Shown one piece after another: positions 10,164 through 19,773 of a DNA stretch of 64,000 nucleotides. Every line of letters starts with the position of its first letter. Position 1 is the stretch's first letter. The position numbers and the translations under genes were made by a program. A model generated the notes under the pieces. That model did no database searches and had not been told where the DNA came from. It saw only the letters and a list, made by a program, of their open reading frames with translations. This stretch comes from Candidatus Ozemobacteraceae bacterium. Its GTDB lineage: Bacteria > Muiribacteriota > Ozemobacteria > Ozemobacterales > Ozemobacteraceae. Location: the NCBI GenBank assembly GCA_965140445.1, contig OZ223236.1, forward strand, positions 1,056,001 through 1,120,000. The letters are read 5' to 3'.

Positions 10164-12428
10164 ATGTCATTACGCATCAATCAAAACGTTTTATCTATTC
10201 AAACTTACGGTAACGTCGTTAAGACATCTGGCAGACTCGAAAAGTCAGTCGAAAAACTAAGCTCAGGCCTTAGAATTAACCGGGCCGCAGACGATGCAGC
10301 AGGACTGGCAATCAGTGAAAAAATGCGCCGACAGGTGCGCGGTCTCAACAGGGCTGTTTTAAATGCTCAAGATGGAATTTCAATGATTCAGACCGCAGAA
10401 GGTGCTCTCAACGAAACTCACAGTATTCTCCAGAGAATGAGAGAACTGGCTATCCAGTCTTCAAACGACACACTCACCAGTAATGATCGCCTTGAAATTC
10501 AGAAAGAAGTTGTTCAACTTAGAGATGACCTGGATAGAATTTCACGCAACACAGAATTCAACACCAAAAAACTTCTTGATGGCAGCCAGACAGCTCTTGT
10601 TAGCTCCAACTCAAGTTATGTGGATGGTGTTGTAGCAGGACAAGCTTCAGGATCATCTGGAGATTATGATGTAAGTATAGCCTTGCTTTCAGCTGGTATT
10701 TCACAGATGGCAAGATCTCAGATATTTACGGTTAAGGACGGCGCAAACCAGCTTGCCAGCGGAACTACTCAACTTCAAAGCATCGCACAGTTCTATGATG
10801 AAAACGGTGTTTTTGTTCTTGATTCGCCAATGGCACTGACAGTTAACGGAAACTCAAAAACCACATCTATTCAGCTTGATGGCCAGATGACGTTAGATAA
10901 CGTTGCTGCGAATCTCCAGAATGCAATTGTAAGCAAAAGTGGTCTTAATATTGATAACTCCAAGGTTGCTACTATCAATACTGCAACAACCGGTTTAGCT
11001 GGACTTGGCGGATATTTTGAAATCGTAAGCGGCGATATTGGAGAAGCGGGTGACATTTCTTTTGCTGGCGACCAGAAAGTTATCGATGCAATGGGAATTA
11101 CTACTACTCGAGAATCTGCAAATAATCGCGTTGAATTAACGATGCGTGACAACTATGGAAATGTCAGACAAGTAAGAACTGAAACCAGTAGAGCAGTTGG
11201 TCTTCTTAACGGGATAGACGTAACTTTCGAGTCCCAGGCAGCTCAAATTGCGGGCGTTTCAGGACTAGAGCAAGGGCTGTATTTCTCAGTTGCCGACACA
11301 ATTACCGTTCAAATTGGAATTCACTGTGTTCAGATTGGTATTGGAACTGGGCGATACACCATGGAAGGCCTGGCGAGAAGTATAAATAATCAAATTATTT
11401 CAGCCGTAGGTCTCGGTAATAATCAGCTTGATGGACTTGAAGCAAAAGTAGTAGAAGGCGAAATTCGATTGTCATATGACCAACCAGCTTCAGCTGCTGC
11501 GAGTGTAGGTAATTCTATCACTATTAACGGTGCTACAAACAATGTGCTAGGTTTCTTAAATGGCTCATATAGCGGATTTGTTGATGGCAAGAAGGATCAA
11601 GGAAAAGTAGAGTGGGGTTTTACAACTTATAGAACCGGTGTGGCAAATGGTGATGCGGTTGAATTCTTAATTGGTGATGGTATTGGAACAGTCGCAATAA
11701 CATTGTTCAATGCTACTACATCTGCAGCGGGTACGGTTTCACTTGCAGATATGGTTAATTTCACCAGTTTCCAGGCCACAGTTAACTACCAGCTTACTCA
11801 GGCTACGGTAATGGTGAGAGTCGATCAGGTTGGTGGAACTATGGCTTTCACTGCTCTTAGAGTTGGTAGTGAAAAACGCAATAACCAGACTATTACAAGT
11901 ATGGTTTCTTTAAATGTCAGCACAGCCCTTGGTGGAACAGCTACAGCAGGTGAAAGTTTCTTACTCCAGCTCGGAATGAAAGAGGCAACCGTAAAAGGAA
12001 CCGGGGATAAAAACTTCAGAATGCATGTTGTAAACAATACACCTCAGTTCCAGATTGGCGCAGATCAGGGCCAGACAATGGGAATCTCGGTAGCTGATAT
12101 GTCATCAAAAGCTCTCAATGTTGATAATATCGATCTTACAAACGTAAAAGGCGCTCAAAAAGCTATTGGTTTACTAAATAGAGCAATTGACAGCGTTTCT
12201 TCAGAAAGATCCAAATTAGGCGCTTTCCAGAATAGGCTTGAATATGCAATTAACAACCTTAGAAGCACTCATAGTAACTTGACTGCTGCCGAATCACGCA
12301 TCAGGGATGCTGATATCGCCAGTGAAATGATCGAGTTCACCAGAAATCAGATTATGGCTCAGTCTGGCCAGGCTATGCTTGCTCAGGCAAATGCTGTGCC
12401 GCAAGGAGTGTTACAGCTACTACAGTAA
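10164..12428 (+). CDS. fliC: Flagellin 2 (754 aa)
   Basis: Flagellin N- and C-terminal motifs; large variable central region. Confidence 0.97.
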   Translation: MSLRINQNVLSIQTYGNVVKTSGRLEKSVEKLSSGLRINRAADDAAGLAISEKMRRQVRGLNRAVLNAQDGISMIQTAEGALNETHSILQRMRELAIQSSNDTLTSNDRLEIQKEVVQLRDDLDRISRNTEFNTKKLLDGSQTALVSSNSSYVDGVVAGQASGSSGDYDVSIALLSAGISQMARSQIFTVKDGANQLASGTTQLQSIAQFYDENGVFVLDSPMALTVNGNSKTTSIQLDGQMTLDNVAANLQNAIVSKSGLNIDNSKVATINTATTGLAGLGGYFEIVSGDIGEAGDISFAGDQKVIDAMGITTTRESANNRVELTMRDNYGNVRQVRTETSRAVGLLNGIDVTFESQAAQIAGVSGLEQGLYFSVADTITVQIGIHCVQIGIGTGRYTMEGLARSINNQIISAVGLGNNQLDGLEAKVVEGEIRLSYDQPASAAASVGNSITINGATNNVLGFLNGSYSGFVDGKKDQGKVEWGFTTYRTGVANGDAVEFLIGDGIGTVAITLFNATTSAAGTVSLADMVNFTSFQATVNYQLTQATVMVRVDQVGGTMAFTALRVGSEKRNNQTITSMVSLNVSTALGGTATAGESFLLQLGMKEATVKGTGDKNFRMHVVNNTPQFQIGADQGQTMGISVADMSSKALNVDNIDLTNVKGAQKAIGLLNRAIDSVSSERSKLGAFQNRLEYAINNLRSTHSNLTAAESRIRDADIASEMIEFTRNQIMAQSGQAMLAQANAVPQGVLQLLQ

Positions 12429-12498
12429 AAGAATAAATAACTGGTCCCTCCCTCAAAAATGGGGGAGGGGGCTATTCAGGGATATGATTGGTTTTCTT

Positions 12499-12540
12499 AG
12501 CGCATGGAAGCGCTTTGTAATGATTCAAGGAGGAATCATT
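12499..12540 (+). promoter_or_regulatory. Twin GGA-loop hairpin leader, flagellin 3
   Basis: AGCGC-ATGGAA-GCGCT and AATGATTC-AAGGAG-GAATCATT. Confidence 0.75.
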
Positions 12541-12541
12541 A

Positions 12542-14818
12542 ATGTCATTACGCATAAATAACAACGTTTTATCTGTTCAAACTTACGGGAATGTTGCAAA
12601 GACTTCCCAGAGGTTGGAAAAGTCTATCCAGAAGTTAAGTTCTGGGTTGCGCATAAATAGCGCTGCCGATGATGCGGCTGGTTTGGCTATTAGCGAAAAA
12701 ATGCGCCGACAGATCCGAGGTTTGAATAGAGCTGTTTTAAATGCTCAGGATGGCATTTCCATGATTCAGACTGCTGAAGGAGCTTTGAACGAATCTCACA
12801 GTATTCTGCAAAGAATGCGAGAACTTGCGATACAGTCATCAAATGATACTCTGACCAGCAATGACAGACTGGAAATTCAGAAAGAAGTTACCCAGCTTCG
12901 AGATGACTTAGATAGAATTGCCAGAAATACTGAATTTAATACTAAAAAGCTTCTTGATGGCAGTCAAACGGCACTTTTTAGCTCTTCTGCGGGCGGAGTG
13001 TCGGGGATCATAAAAGGAACTGCCAGCGTTATTGGCGGAGATTATGACGTAAGTATCGCCATGTTAAGTGCTGGTATTTCTGAAAAGAAAACTTCCCAGA
13101 TTTTCACATTAAATGAAGGGTCAGGTGCTCTTGCTGACGGTGGAACCCAGCTTCAAAGCATTGCTCAGTTTTATGACGCAAACGGTGTTTTTGTTCTGGA
13201 TACTCCGCAAATTTTACACCTTCATGGCAATACAAGAGATGCAGAAGTTGTTCTGGATGGACAGATGACACTTGATAACCTGGCAGCTGATCTTCAGAAT
13301 GCGATGGTAAGCTCATCTGGTTTGGATATCGAAAATACCAGGGTTGCCAGTGTAAATACTGCTCAGACTAATTTATCCGGGGTCGGGGGGTATCTTGAGA
13401 TAACTTCTGGATCTATTGGAGAAGATGGTGCTATATCCTTTGCTGCTGACCAGAAAGTTTTGGATTCTCTAGGAATAACTAATACAAGAAACGCCACTCA
13501 AAGTCGTGTTGAACTAACTCTCAGAGATAGTTTTGGCAATGTCAGGCAGGTGAAAACCGAAACTAATCGGGCTTCTGGACTGCTAAACGGAATGGACATC
13601 AAATTTGAATCCCAGGCTGCTCAGATTGCTGGAACACGTGGACTCCAGGAAGGCTTGGAAATTACCGTTGCTGGAAGCTTGTTCTGGGTTAGTGCTGGCA
13701 ATACTCAAGTTACCATTCAGGTAAGAAGTGGCTCATGGTCTATGGAAGGTCTGGCAAATAGTTTTCAGCGGCAAATTGACGTAGCTAATGCAGGAAATGG
13801 TGTGCCTGGGCTGGAAGTGAACGTTGTTGAAGGCGAGTTGAGATTCAGTTATGAAAAACCAAGCTCCGCTGCTGGTTCAATTTCTAACACTATAATAATA
13901 GACAATGTCCAGGCTCAGGCAAGCAGACTGGGATTTCTGGAAGGTTCATACAGTGGGTTTGTAGATGGCAAAAAAGAGCAAAGTGCTACCGTTTGGGGCT
14001 TTACACGGTTTATTGATACTGCTGCTTCTGGTATTGCTGCAAATCAGGCGGGTATTTTCGCTATAGGCGATGGGAATACCGTTGGAGTCACCATTGAAAT
14101 CACGGCTTACGTAACTATTGGAACTGCAATCTCTTCAACAAGCGATCTTGTTGATTTTGTAAATTTCCAATCTCAAACGAATAATTTGCTGGAAACCCTG
14201 AATATTGGCGTGCGAATGGATCAGATTGGAAATGCTCTCGCTTTTACATCCACAAGAGTCGGGAATGAAAACAGGAGCACAAATGGTGCAATAACCAGCA
14301 TGGTTTCTTTGACGGTTACTGCGACTAATGCTGTTATGCAAAGCACCTTCCTTTCAGCTTTTGGCTTGCAGTCAGGCACAGCAAAAGGTAACGGAGATAA
14401 AAATTTCAGAATTCACATAGTAAGCAACTCACCTCAGTTCCAGATTGGAGCTGATCAGGGCCAATCAATGGGCATCAACATCGGCGAAATGACGTCCGAA
14501 GGGCTTGGAGTTGATAACCTGGATTTAACCAGCGTTGAAGGTTCACAAAAAGCAATTGGCAAGCTTAATAAGGCTATAGACATGGTTTCAGCTGAGCGAT
14601 CAAAGCTGGGAGCTTTCCAGAATCGACTAGAATTTGCAATTAATAATCTTAGAAATACCCATAGCAATTTAACTTCTGCTGAATCAAGAATTCGTGATGC
14701 TGATATTGCTATGGAAATGATTGAATTTACAAGAAATCAAATTGTTCAACAGTCTGGAACAGCAATGTTGGCCCAGGCTAACGCCGTACCTCAGGGGGTG
14801 CTGCAACTACTACAATAA
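12542..14818 (+). CDS. fliC: Flagellin 3 (758 aa)
   Basis: Flagellin N- and C-terminal motifs. Confidence 0.97.
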   Translation: MSLRINNNVLSVQTYGNVAKTSQRLEKSIQKLSSGLRINSAADDAAGLAISEKMRRQIRGLNRAVLNAQDGISMIQTAEGALNESHSILQRMRELAIQSSNDTLTSNDRLEIQKEVTQLRDDLDRIARNTEFNTKKLLDGSQTALFSSSAGGVSGIIKGTASVIGGDYDVSIAMLSAGISEKKTSQIFTLNEGSGALADGGTQLQSIAQFYDANGVFVLDTPQILHLHGNTRDAEVVLDGQMTLDNLAADLQNAMVSSSGLDIENTRVASVNTAQTNLSGVGGYLEITSGSIGEDGAISFAADQKVLDSLGITNTRNATQSRVELTLRDSFGNVRQVKTETNRASGLLNGMDIKFESQAAQIAGTRGLQEGLEITVAGSLFWVSAGNTQVTIQVRSGSWSMEGLANSFQRQIDVANAGNGVPGLEVNVVEGELRFSYEKPSSAAGSISNTIIIDNVQAQASRLGFLEGSYSGFVDGKKEQSATVWGFTRFIDTAASGIAANQAGIFAIGDGNTVGVTIEITAYVTIGTAISSTSDLVDFVNFQSQTNNLLETLNIGVRMDQIGNALAFTSTRVGNENRSTNGAITSMVSLTVTATNAVMQSTFLSAFGLQSGTAKGNGDKNFRIHIVSNSPQFQIGADQGQSMGINIGEMTSEGLGVDNLDLTSVEGSQKAIGKLNKAIDMVSAERSKLGAFQNRLEFAINNLRNTHSNLTSAESRIRDADIAMEMIEFTRNQIVQQSGTAMLAQANAVPQGVLQLLQ

Positions 14819-14871
14819 CAAATTGGTAAGTTTCGGTTAAAAACTGGGATGTTATTAAATTAATACGGTCA

Positions 14872-14916
14872 ATTAAGCGCATGGAAGTGCTTAATGGATG
14901 ATTCATGGAGGAATCA
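14872..14916 (+). promoter_or_regulatory. Twin GGA-loop hairpin leader, flagellin 4
   Basis: ATTAAGCGC-ATGGAA-GTGCTTAAT and TGATTC-ATGGAG-GAATCA. Confidence 0.75.
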
Positions 14917-14918
14917 AT

Positions 14919-17192
14919 ATGGCTCTAACAATTAATCAGAATGTTCTTTCTGTTCAGACTTACGGAACGGTTGCTAAAACCTCTTCCAGACTTGAAAAAT
15001 CAATTGCCAAACTTAGTTCTGGCTTGAGAATTAATACTGCTGCGGATGATGCGGCTGGTTTAGCTATCAGTGAAAAAATGCGTCGTCAGATTCGCGGTTT
15101 GAATCGTGCGGTTTTGAATGCTCAAGATGGTGTTTCAATGATTCAAACAGCTGAGGGAGCTTTGAATGAATCTCAGAGTATTCTTCAGAGAATGCGCGAA
15201 CTTGCTGTGCAATCATCTAATGACACTCTTACAAGTAATGACCGACTTGAAATTCAGAAAGAGGTTAACCAGCTCCGTGATGATTTGAACAGAATTGCCA
15301 GTAATACTGAATTTAACACCAAAAAATTATTGGATGGCAGTCAGACTGCTCTATTAAGCTCCACATCAAATGCTGTTACAGGCATTATTCGTGGAACTTC
15401 CAGCGTGGCAGGGGGGGATTACGATGTTAGCATCGGCCTGGTAAGGGCTGGGGTTACCGAAAAGAAGCAGACCCAGATTTTTACCCTCAAAGACGGTTCT
15501 GGAGAACTTGCTGATGGCGGAACCCAGCTGCAGAGTATTGCTCAGTTTTATGATGCAAACGGCGTGTTTGTGCTTGATACTCCACAGTCTTTGCACCTTC
15601 ATGGAAACACTAGAGATGCAGAGGTTATTCTTGATGGTCAGATGACTTTGGATAACCTTTCGGCTGACTTGCAAAACGCACTAGTAAGTTCTTCTGGGCT
15701 AAATATTGATAACAGTAAGGTTGCAACAGTTAATACAATTCAGACTCAGCTGGCCGGAATTGGTGGGTATCTTGAAATTACTTCTGGTGCGGTAGGGGAT
15801 GATGGAACAATTTCGTTCTCCTCTGATCAGAGAGTCATGGATGCTTTGGGTATTGCAAATACCAGGGACGCCATCCAGGGACGAGTAGAATTAACAATTC
15901 GTGATAACTACGGGAATGTTAGAAATGTAAAAACTGAGACTAATGAAGCTTCTGGACTGCTTGATGGAATGGATTTGAAATTCCAGGCTCAAGCGGCGCA
16001 GATTGCAGGAACCAGAGGGTTGCAGGAAGGAATTAATGTTTCTGGAGCCGCGGCCAGGATTATTTTAAGCGCCGGCGGAACTTCAATCACGGTGAATGTT
16101 TCTCAGGGTGACTGGTCAATGGAAGGTCTTGCTAAATCTATGCAACTGCAGATTGATGCAACGGGCACAGGCGTACCAGGCTTGCTGGTTGGGGTAGTCG
16201 AAGGCGATCTCCGATTTAGCTATGAAAAACCTGCATCTGCTGCCTCAACAGTTCCTAACACAATAAATATTGTGTCGGTTAGATCCTCTATGTCGACTCT
16301 TGGATTCTTGCAAGGTAGCTATAGTGGATTTGTTGATGGGAAAAAAGACCAAACCCAATCGGTGTGGGGCTTTTCAAGCTACATTGATACTGCTGCAACC
16401 GCTATCGCTGCTGGGGAAGCAATTATTTACACTATTGGAGATGGGAACACAGCTGGTTCGACAATCGATATTACGGCATTCACTACAATAGGTAATGGTG
16501 GAATTGTTGCAGGTAGCGATTTGATAAGATTCACAACTTATCAGGCCAGCGTAAACAGAAGACTTGAAGTTGCAACTATTATGGCTAGAGTTGATCAAGT
16601 TGGATCAACACTAGCTTATACAACTACAAGGGTTGGTAACGAGCATAGAAGTAATAATGGCACTCTAACCAGTATGATTTCTCTTACTGTTGGTGCCACT
16701 AGCGCTACGGTTCAGAATACTGCTTTAAATATGTTTGGGCTATTCGCTGGAACAGTTAAAGGCGATGGCGATAAGAACTTCAGAATCCATGTTGTTGATA
16801 ACTCTCCTCAGTTCCAGATTGGAGCTGATCAGGGACAGGCAATGGGAATCAATATTGGTGACATGTCTGCGGAAGCTCTTGGCGTCGCAAACCTGGACCT
16901 TACAAATATTGATGGAGCCCAGTCTGCAATTAGTAAGCTTAATAAAGCTATTGATATGGTTTCCTCTGAAAGATCCAAATTGGGTGCATTCCAGAATCGC
17001 CTGGAATTCGCAATAAACAATCTGAGAAATACACATAGCAATCTGACTGCTTCTGAATCTCGAATTCGTGATGCAGATATTGCCATGGAAATGATCGAAT
17101 TCACCAGGAATCAGATCGTTCAACAGTCTGGTACAGCAATGCTGGCTCAGGCCAATGCTGTTCCCCAGGGCGTTCTACAGCTTCTGGGATAA
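14919..17192 (+). CDS. fliC: Flagellin 4 (757 aa; start moved to the ATG after the SD)
   Basis: MALTINQN start after GGAGG; flagellin motifs. Confidence 0.97.
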   Translation: MALTINQNVLSVQTYGTVAKTSSRLEKSIAKLSSGLRINTAADDAAGLAISEKMRRQIRGLNRAVLNAQDGVSMIQTAEGALNESQSILQRMRELAVQSSNDTLTSNDRLEIQKEVNQLRDDLNRIASNTEFNTKKLLDGSQTALLSSTSNAVTGIIRGTSSVAGGDYDVSIGLVRAGVTEKKQTQIFTLKDGSGELADGGTQLQSIAQFYDANGVFVLDTPQSLHLHGNTRDAEVILDGQMTLDNLSADLQNALVSSSGLNIDNSKVATVNTIQTQLAGIGGYLEITSGAVGDDGTISFSSDQRVMDALGIANTRDAIQGRVELTIRDNYGNVRNVKTETNEASGLLDGMDLKFQAQAAQIAGTRGLQEGINVSGAAARIILSAGGTSITVNVSQGDWSMEGLAKSMQLQIDATGTGVPGLLVGVVEGDLRFSYEKPASAASTVPNTINIVSVRSSMSTLGFLQGSYSGFVDGKKDQTQSVWGFSSYIDTAATAIAAGEAIIYTIGDGNTAGSTIDITAFTTIGNGGIVAGSDLIRFTTYQASVNRRLEVATIMARVDQVGSTLAYTTTRVGNEHRSNNGTLTSMISLTVGATSATVQNTALNMFGLFAGTVKGDGDKNFRIHVVDNSPQFQIGADQGQAMGINIGDMSAEALGVANLDLTNIDGAQSAISKLNKAIDMVSSERSKLGAFQNRLEFAINNLRNTHSNLTASESRIRDADIAMEMIEFTRNQIVQQSGTAMLAQANAVPQGVLQLLG

Positions 17193-17301
17193 TAAAACAT
17201 CTTAAAAGCGCCCCTCCCCTTGATGGGGGAGGGCGTGGAACGCAAAGGAGGTCAGCTGAAGGAAACTAAATTGAGTAGAAACTGCTTTTAACTTAATCCA
17301 G

Positions 17302-17341
17302 GTATGCATGGAAGCATACGAAGAAGATTCATGGAGGAATC
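17302..17341 (+). promoter_or_regulatory. Twin GGA-loop hairpin leader, flagellin 5
   Basis: GTATGC-ATGGAA-GCATAC and GATTC-ATGGAG-GAATC. Confidence 0.75.
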
Positions 17342-17344
17342 ATT

Positions 17345-19615
17345 ATGTCATTAAGTATTAATCAAAACGTATTATCAGTAAGTACCTACGGAACTCTTGC
17401 TAAAACTTCTTCTCGTCTTGAGAAATCAATTCAGAAACTTAGTTCTGGAATGAGAATCAACTCTGCGGCTGACGATGCCGCTGGACTGGCCATCAGTGAG
17501 AAAATGAGAAGGCAGATCAGAGGGTTGAATCGTGCAACTTTGAATGCCCAGGACGGCATTTCCATGATTCAAACTGCAGAAGGTGCATTGAATGAAACTC
17601 ACAGTATTCTTCAGAGAATGCGTGAGCTTGCAACTCAGTCTTCAAATGACACACTAACAAGTAATGACAGGCTGGAAATTCAAAAAGAAGTCAATCAACT
17701 TCGTGACGAGATAAACAGAATATCTACCAGTACAGAATTCAATACTAAACGTCTTCTGGATGGAAGTCAGACAGCCCTGATTAGTGCAAGCTCTGACTCT
17801 GTTAAAGGTGTTGTTGCTGGGGCTATATCAGGAACTGCCTCTGACTATGATGTGAGTATTGCTTTGCTTGCTGGTGGGGTTAGCGAAATGCAGCGAACCC
17901 AGATATTTACCTTGAATGATGGCGCTGGAACGCTTGCTGACGGTGGAACTCAGTTGCAGAGCATTGCGCAGTTTTATGACGCAAACGGTGTGTTTGTTCT
18001 TGATACACCTCAGACTTTAAATGTTCATGGAAATACGAAAGACACGACAATAGTGTTAGACGGTCAGATGACTTTGGATAACCTTGCTGCAGATCTTCAG
18101 AATGCCTTTGTAAGTAATTCTGGTCTTTCGATAGATAGTTCAAGAACTGGAGTTGTAAATACTGTACAAAGCAAAATCGCTGGTGTTGGTGGTTACATTG
18201 AGATGGTTTCTGGATTTGTTGGAGACCAGGGAAGTATTAACTTTGCTTCTGATCAGAGAGTTATGGACGCCCTTGGAATTTCTACCCAGCGTGAAGCGGT
18301 TAACAGCCAGGTTGAAGTTGTTGCTAGAGATGGATTTGGAAACAGCCGAACCGTTAGAACAGAAGGTCAGACTGCATTGGGACTGCTTAACGGTATCGAT
18401 GTGAAGTTTGACTCTCAATCTGCTCAGATTGCAGGAACTAAAGGCTTGGAAGAAGGAATCAAATTCACTTCAGATCAGACTTTCAAGATTTCAGTAGGTG
18501 GCGCAACTTTAAGTGTGGCTATTAGCGCTGATACTACGAATGGCTGGACAATGGAAGGAATTGCTCGTGCTATCAATGCAGAAGTTGACAACCAGATTGG
18601 TGCTGAGCCTGGATTAACAGGATTTGACGCCAGCGTTGTGGATGGTGAGATTCGATTGTCTTACCAGAAGCCTGCTTCTGCAGCTGTTGGTATTGGGAAC
18701 AGCATAAAAATAATCAGTGCAACGACCAGTGCAGCTTCAATCGGATTTATTGACGGTTCATACAGTGGATTTGTTGATGGAGATAAGAATCAAAATGAAG
18801 TTGTTTGGGGCTTCAGTCGCTATATAAACACTGCATCCTATGGCTTTGGTGATGCTCTTGCGGTCACAATGGACATTTCCGATGGAATTGGAACAGAGAC
18901 TATCACTGTGTTTAGTTCTCTAGGGGTTGCCAGGTCTACGGTTTCAGATATGATTCTTTTCACTAACTTTCAGGCTGATGTAAATAGGCTTCTTGATGCA
19001 GCAACTGTTGCAATCAGGGTTGATCAGGTTGGCGGTTCTATGGCTTTCACATCATTGAAAGTTGGAACTGAGAACATGGATAATGCCAAAAACATTACCA
19101 GTATGGTTACTTTGACTTCCTTTACTAACAACACGTCATCAATGTTTGCAGATCGTTTTGGATTGTCTGCCGGAACATCAAAGGGAAGTGGAGATACTAA
19201 CTTCAAGATGCATGTGGTTGATCGCCAGGCTCAGTTCCAGATTGGTGCTGATCAGGGACAAACCATGAAGGTTAACATTGCTAATATGGGCGCTGAAGCT
19301 CTTGGAGTAGACAATCTTGATCTGACAAGTATTTCTGGCGCAAATGATGCGATGGGTAAGCTAAACAAAGCAATTGATTCAGTTTCAAGCGAACGATCTA
19401 AACTTGGTGCCTATCAGAACAGGCTTGAGTATGCAATCAATAACCTTAGAAATACCCATAGTAATCTGACTGCTTCTGAATCCAGAATCAGAGATGCTGA
19501 TATTGCAATGGAAATGATTGAATTCACCAGAAATCAGATTGTTCAGCAGTCTGGTACTGCAATGCTGGCTCAAGCAAATATGGTTCCACAAGGTGTGTTA
19601 CAGCTATTAGGCTAA
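17345..19615 (+). CDS. fliC: Flagellin 5 (756 aa)
   Basis: Flagellin motifs. Confidence 0.97.
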   Translation: MSLSINQNVLSVSTYGTLAKTSSRLEKSIQKLSSGMRINSAADDAAGLAISEKMRRQIRGLNRATLNAQDGISMIQTAEGALNETHSILQRMRELATQSSNDTLTSNDRLEIQKEVNQLRDEINRISTSTEFNTKRLLDGSQTALISASSDSVKGVVAGAISGTASDYDVSIALLAGGVSEMQRTQIFTLNDGAGTLADGGTQLQSIAQFYDANGVFVLDTPQTLNVHGNTKDTTIVLDGQMTLDNLAADLQNAFVSNSGLSIDSSRTGVVNTVQSKIAGVGGYIEMVSGFVGDQGSINFASDQRVMDALGISTQREAVNSQVEVVARDGFGNSRTVRTEGQTALGLLNGIDVKFDSQSAQIAGTKGLEEGIKFTSDQTFKISVGGATLSVAISADTTNGWTMEGIARAINAEVDNQIGAEPGLTGFDASVVDGEIRLSYQKPASAAVGIGNSIKIISATTSAASIGFIDGSYSGFVDGDKNQNEVVWGFSRYINTASYGFGDALAVTMDISDGIGTETITVFSSLGVARSTVSDMILFTNFQADVNRLLDAATVAIRVDQVGGSMAFTSLKVGTENMDNAKNITSMVTLTSFTNNTSSMFADRFGLSAGTSKGSGDTNFKMHVVDRQAQFQIGADQGQTMKVNIANMGAEALGVDNLDLTSISGANDAMGKLNKAIDSVSSERSKLGAYQNRLEYAINNLRNTHSNLTASESRIRDADIAMEMIEFTRNQIVQQSGTAMLAQANMVPQGVLQLLG

Positions 19616-19724
19616 TAGAAAACTTCCCTGGGCAAACTTGTATGTCTGCCCGGGGATGTTTCTCATAAATAATTGTGAGAGGCAATCTATTTTGAAGGAA
19701 GAAAGGAGGGTTATCTTATCTATC

Positions 19725-19770
19725 AACGCATGGAAGCGTTAAAAATAACTTTAAGATTCATGGAGGAATC
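19725..19770 (+). promoter_or_regulatory. Twin GGA-loop hairpin leader, flagellin 6
   Basis: AACGC-ATGGAA-GCGTT and GATTC-ATGGAG-GAATC. Confidence 0.75.
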
Positions 19771-19773
19771 GAG

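Noticed and set aside
15411..15417. Phase-variable poly-G tract in flagellin 4
   Set aside because: Only G7, encoding Gly-Gly in an intact frame; too short to argue for a contingency locus.
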